A stretch of DNA of 64,000 bases, taken from NCBI GenBank assembly GCA_965248755.1, contig OZ252149.1, positions 2,368,001 through 2,432,000 on the forward strand, in the 5' to 3' direction. The number at the start of each line of letters is the position of its first letter. The first letter of the stretch is position 1. Under the pieces are notes generated by a model. It was not told where the DNA came from and made no database searches. It worked only from the letters and a program-made list of their open reading frames with translations. The position numbers and the translations under genes are program-made. Source of the stretch: Candidatus Latescibacterota bacterium. GTDB taxonomy: Bacteria > Latescibacterota > CBDEFO01. Positions 60,621-64,000 of the stretch are shown in pieces.

Positions 60621-61280
60621 TTGTCACAAACTTGCTCATGGATCGGCACCGATGAATCGGGAAAGGGGGACTATTTCGGGCCTCTGGTCATAGCCGGTGT
60701 CTGTGTGAACGATTCTGTTCTGGAAAAGCTTTTTCAATTGAACGTTAGAGACAGCAAGCGTATTTCCGATAACGTTATAAAAAAATTGGATGAGAGGATA
60801 AAATCTATATGCGTTTGGACGACAGTGGCAATAGGTCCTGAAAGATACAACGAGCTCTACGGTCGGATGCAGAATCTAAACAGAATGTTAGCGTGGGGGC
60901 ATGCAAGGGCTATAGAAAATCTTCTGGAAAAGGAGGACTGCCCAAGGGCTGTAACGGATCAGTTCGGGGATGAAAGGTTCGTGATAAACGCCCTCTTAAA
61001 AAGGGGTAAACAGATAAAGATCCAGCAGAGGCCAAAGGCGGAAGACGACCTTGCGGTAGCTGCGGCATCTGTGATCGCAAGGGCTGAATTTGTAAGCAGA
61101 TTGGAGGGTTTGTCCGACCAGATAGGAGAGGAGCTTTTGAAGGGCGCATCTGGGGCTGTGGAAGAATTAGCACAAGAATTAGTGGAAAGGTACGGCGAGG
61201 GCATATTGAAAAAGGTGGCTAAAGTGCATTTTAAGACGACTCAAAAGGTAATCGGCAAGTCGAAAAGAGGTTCAGGGTAA
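60621..61280 (+). CDS. rnhC: Ribonuclease HIII-like (catalytic domain only)
   Basis: IGTDESGKGDYFGPL, DSK, DQF, VAAASVIAR, AKVHFKT; start TTG 60621 (after AGGGGA) or 60588. Confidence 0.85.
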   Translation: MSQTCSWIGTDESGKGDYFGPLVIAGVCVNDSVLEKLFQLNVRDSKRISDNVIKKLDERIKSICVWTTVAIGPERYNELYGRMQNLNRMLAWGHARAIENLLEKEDCPRAVTDQFGDERFVINALLKRGKQIKIQQRPKAEDDLAVAAASVIARAEFVSRLEGLSDQIGEELLKGASGAVEELAQELVERYGEGILKKVAKVHFKTTQKVIGKSKRGSG

Positions 61281-61318
61281 CTGAAGTGAGAACACATTAT
61301 ATCACCTAAGGAGAACTG

Positions 61319-62474
61319 ATGAGAGTCGTTTTGAATTTTATAGTGTCGGTTGCGCTTATATTGCCTCTTGGGGCTACGCGAAAAGAGAGGACGCCTCCGA
61401 TGTGGTAAGGATCGGGATCGCCAGTCCATTTACGGGCAACGCGGCGGCCTACGGAGAGAGGAACAAAAAGGGTGCCATCCTCAAGATTGACGAGGTGAAC
61501 GCCTCAGGTTGGGTAGACAGAAAGAGGGTAGAAGCTGTCTTCGGAGACGACGCCGGAGATCCTAAGGAGGCATCAAATGTGGCGACCAAGTTTGCCTCCG
61601 ATAAGTCTATTTTGATTGTGATAGGTCACTTCAACAGCTCGTGCTCACTGGCTGGGAAACCGATAGACAAAAGGGGAGGGGTAGTCCAACTTTCTCCGGG
61701 CTCCACCAACGTGAGGGCGTGCGAAGGGAGCCCTTGGACGTTCAGAAATCTGTACCGGGACGATGTTCAGGGACAGTTCCTGGCGAGCTACTGTGCAAGG
61801 AAATGGGGGTTCAAAAGGATCGCTGTCTTCTACGACAACGACCATTACGGGATCGGTTTATAAAGATGCCTTTGTCAAGGAGGCAGAAAAATTGGGGATC
61901 GCAATTGTAGGACGAGAAGCATATACCAGAAGAGTCGATAGATTTCACGCCTCAACTTGCCAAGTTTAAGACCCTAAATCCCGATGCGATCTTCACATCG
62001 GGTCTTTATAACGAGGCGGCGTTGATAGCTTCTCAGGCGAAGAGACAGGGGATCATGACACAGCTTCTGGGTGCGGACGGGGTATTCTCTCCTGAATATA
62101 TCAAGATAGCGGGCGATGCAGCCTAAGGAACGATCCTGACGACGCCCTTTTTGTTCGACGCAGCAGGACCAAAAGCGTTGAAGCTCTTAGAAAGTTTTAA
62201 GAGGAAGTACAAGGACGAACCTGACTGCTGGGCCGCCTTAGCGTACGACGCAGCGGGGATAGCTATTGAGGCTATAAAGGCGGTACGACCCGATAGAAAA
62301 GCTATAAGAGATTATCTTGCTGGAATGACTACTGCAGAAGATAGTTATGCCGGCGTCACGGGGCTGACGTTCTTCGACTAAAACGGCGACTGCCAAAAGC
62401 CAGCTTACGTGAGCATCGTCAAAGACGGTAAGTTAGTCGCCGCCCCTGAACAGATGCTGGACTGGGCAAGTTGA
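61319..62474 (+). pseudogene. Branched-chain amino acid ABC transporter substrate-binding protein (LivJ/K-like), multiply disrupted
   Basis: DDAGDP, VIGHFNS, YDAA, GVTGLTFFD motifs spread over frameshifts and in-frame stops. Confidence 0.85.
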
Positions 62475-62555
62475 GGGTAGACAGGGGCACATCCTCCCAT
62501 CACCCCGTGTTTTCGTAGCTGTCCACTCTTGTTGATTCAATACTTAAATGACTCT

Positions 62556-63400
62556 ATGTTTTCCCAACAGTTGCTAAATGGTCTGACTCTGGGAGGCATA
62601 TAGGCTCTCATCGCCGTGGGCTACCCGATGGTCTATGGGATCATCAAGCTCACCAATGTTGCTCACGGGGAAATATATATGATGGGGGCATTTTTTGCTT
62701 TAACCTTCCTTTCTGCAGGTCATATTCCCTTTTCCGTAGCCTTCCTTCTATCTGTCGCTTGCTCTGGTTTATTAGGGGTCTTAATAGACATGGGGGCGTA
62801 TCGTCCGCTAAGAGGTGCGCCGAGGCTTTCGGCTCAGATCACGGCGATAGGTGTCTCTCTCTTTCTCCAGAATCTGGCAAGAGCGAGATGGGGAGCATGG
62901 ACCAAGCCTTTCCCATCCGGATATGTCCCCGATTTCTTCAAGGGAGCTTCCGCAGTCGGCGGTGTCACTATTACAAATCTGCAAATATTCATATTTGCTA
63001 CAGCTTTCATCTTGAGGCTGGGGCTCCATCTAATAATTAAGAAGACGAAGATAGGGAGGGCCATGAGGGCGTGGGCGCAGGATCAGATAGCAGCTAAGCT
63101 GATGGGAGTCGATGTAAATAGAGTGGTTTCCTTTACCTTTGCTACCGGATCGAGTCTCGCTGGCGTGGCGGGGATATTGGTAGCTATGTACTAAAACTCC
63201 GCTATCCTACTAAGGGCTATCTGGCGGGATTGTCCCCGGCGGCTATGATCGGTGCGATGATCCTGGGCATGGGCGAGATATTCGGAGCGGCTTACATCTC
63301 TTCACAGTATCGAGACGGGATAGCCTACGCCATAATGATACTTTTCATAATCTTCAGGCCGTCGGGAAGTATGGGGGAGGGAGAAGTCGAACGCGTTTGA
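62556..63400 (+). pseudogene. LivH-like permease, disrupted
   Basis: MFSQQLLNGLTLGGI*ALIAVGY (TAG 62601-62603), AHGEIYM, GRAMRA; TAA at 63192-63194 and an apparent internal deletion. Confidence 0.85.
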
Positions 63401-63524
63401 CGTAGGCAGTAAACAGGACGCTTTACTCTTCCCTTGAAGAACGAGGCACTCTAATCCATATTGCTTTGCTATTGCTTGCAATGAAGACATTTGTTTTGAC
63501 CTTTCGTCCCACAGGAAGTACACG

Positions 63525-64000
63525 ATGGAATTATTGAGCTTTCTCAAGGATGTATCAGATCCCATAAAGCGGCGCAAGAAGTTGCTAATAGTGGTCCCTT
63601 TAGCGTTTGCAGTCTTATTCCCTTTTGTGCCGGGATTTGAGGGATACATAACGCACATAGGGGTGCTGGTTTTGCTCAACATACTTCTGGCTTTGGGGTT
63701 GAACGTCGTTCCGGGCTTTACGGGGTTTTTGGATCTCGGATACGTAGGGTTTTACGGGATAGGGGCCTACACTTGTGGGCTGTTGACACTCAACTATGAT
63801 CTGATCTTTTGGGTAGTCCTTCCCATCGCTGCTGCAAACGGAGCACTGTGGGGTGTCTTCAGAGGAGCGCCGACTTTAAGGCTCAGCGGAGACTATTTTG
63901 CGATTGTGACCTTCGGGTTTTCAGAGCTTGTGGTGCTTACTATTATAAATGAGACTTGGCTTACAAGGGGACCTATGGGACTTCCGGGGATAGCTCCCCC
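63525..64000 (+). CDS. LivM-like permease (partial, runs off the window)
   Basis: Manual translation: ALGLNVVPGFTGFLDLGYVGFYGIGAY, LRLSGDYFAIVTFGFSE, TRGPMG; open to the window end. Confidence 0.8.
   Translation, partial: MELLSFLKDVSDPIKRRKKLLIVVPLAFAVLFPFVPGFEGYITHIGVLVLLNILLALGLNVVPGFTGFLDLGYVGFYGIGAYTCGLLTLNYDLIFWVVLPIAAANGALWGVFRGAPTLRLSGDYFAIVTFGFSELVVLTIINETWLTRGPMGLPGIAP

Noticed and set aside
12034..61204. Many 60-180 aa antisense or alternate-frame ORFs overlapping housekeeping genes
   Set aside because: They are shadows of well-supported genes, with no motifs or independent expression signals

Overview
Bacterial chromosomal window spanning the replication-origin region of a probably diderm bacterium (gene content is loosely FCB-group-like; low confidence). 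From left to right: (i) a minus-strand flavoprotein / GT2 glycosyltransferase / radical SAM / metallophosphoesterase cluster resembling rSAM-selenodomain or organoarsenic loci; (ii) obgE flanked by three pseudogenes; (iii) a biotin carboxylase and carrier pair; (iv) dnaA without dnaN, divergent from rpmH-rnpA-yidD-yidC-mnmE-mnmG-rsmG, with three parS sites but no parAB, and two DnaA-box clusters about 9 kb apart with an apparent double GC-skew switch; (v) rsmI, a PIP-synthase-like gene plus ino1, a triple-FHA protein, tmk and an S41 protease carrying a GyrA-like helical insert; (vi) a MITE-like palindromic element, an IS1380-family element with a 5-bp target duplication, tRNA-Gly and tRNA-Cys, and decayed genes; (vii) a dcw cluster from mraZ to ftsZ lacking murD, murB and ddl, whose intergenic regions carry a covarying hairpin family and a 29-nt motif shared by the ftsI and ftsZ starts; (viii) a BatA/vWA protein and a lipid-kinase/HAD/CDP-alcohol transferase block, with the HAD-to-hypothetical segment flanked by a 110-bp direct repeat; (ix) a sigma54 two-component module with its apparent target operon; (x) rnhC and a decaying liv-type ABC transporter. 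All calls were made by eye from the sequence and ORF track; no searches were run.
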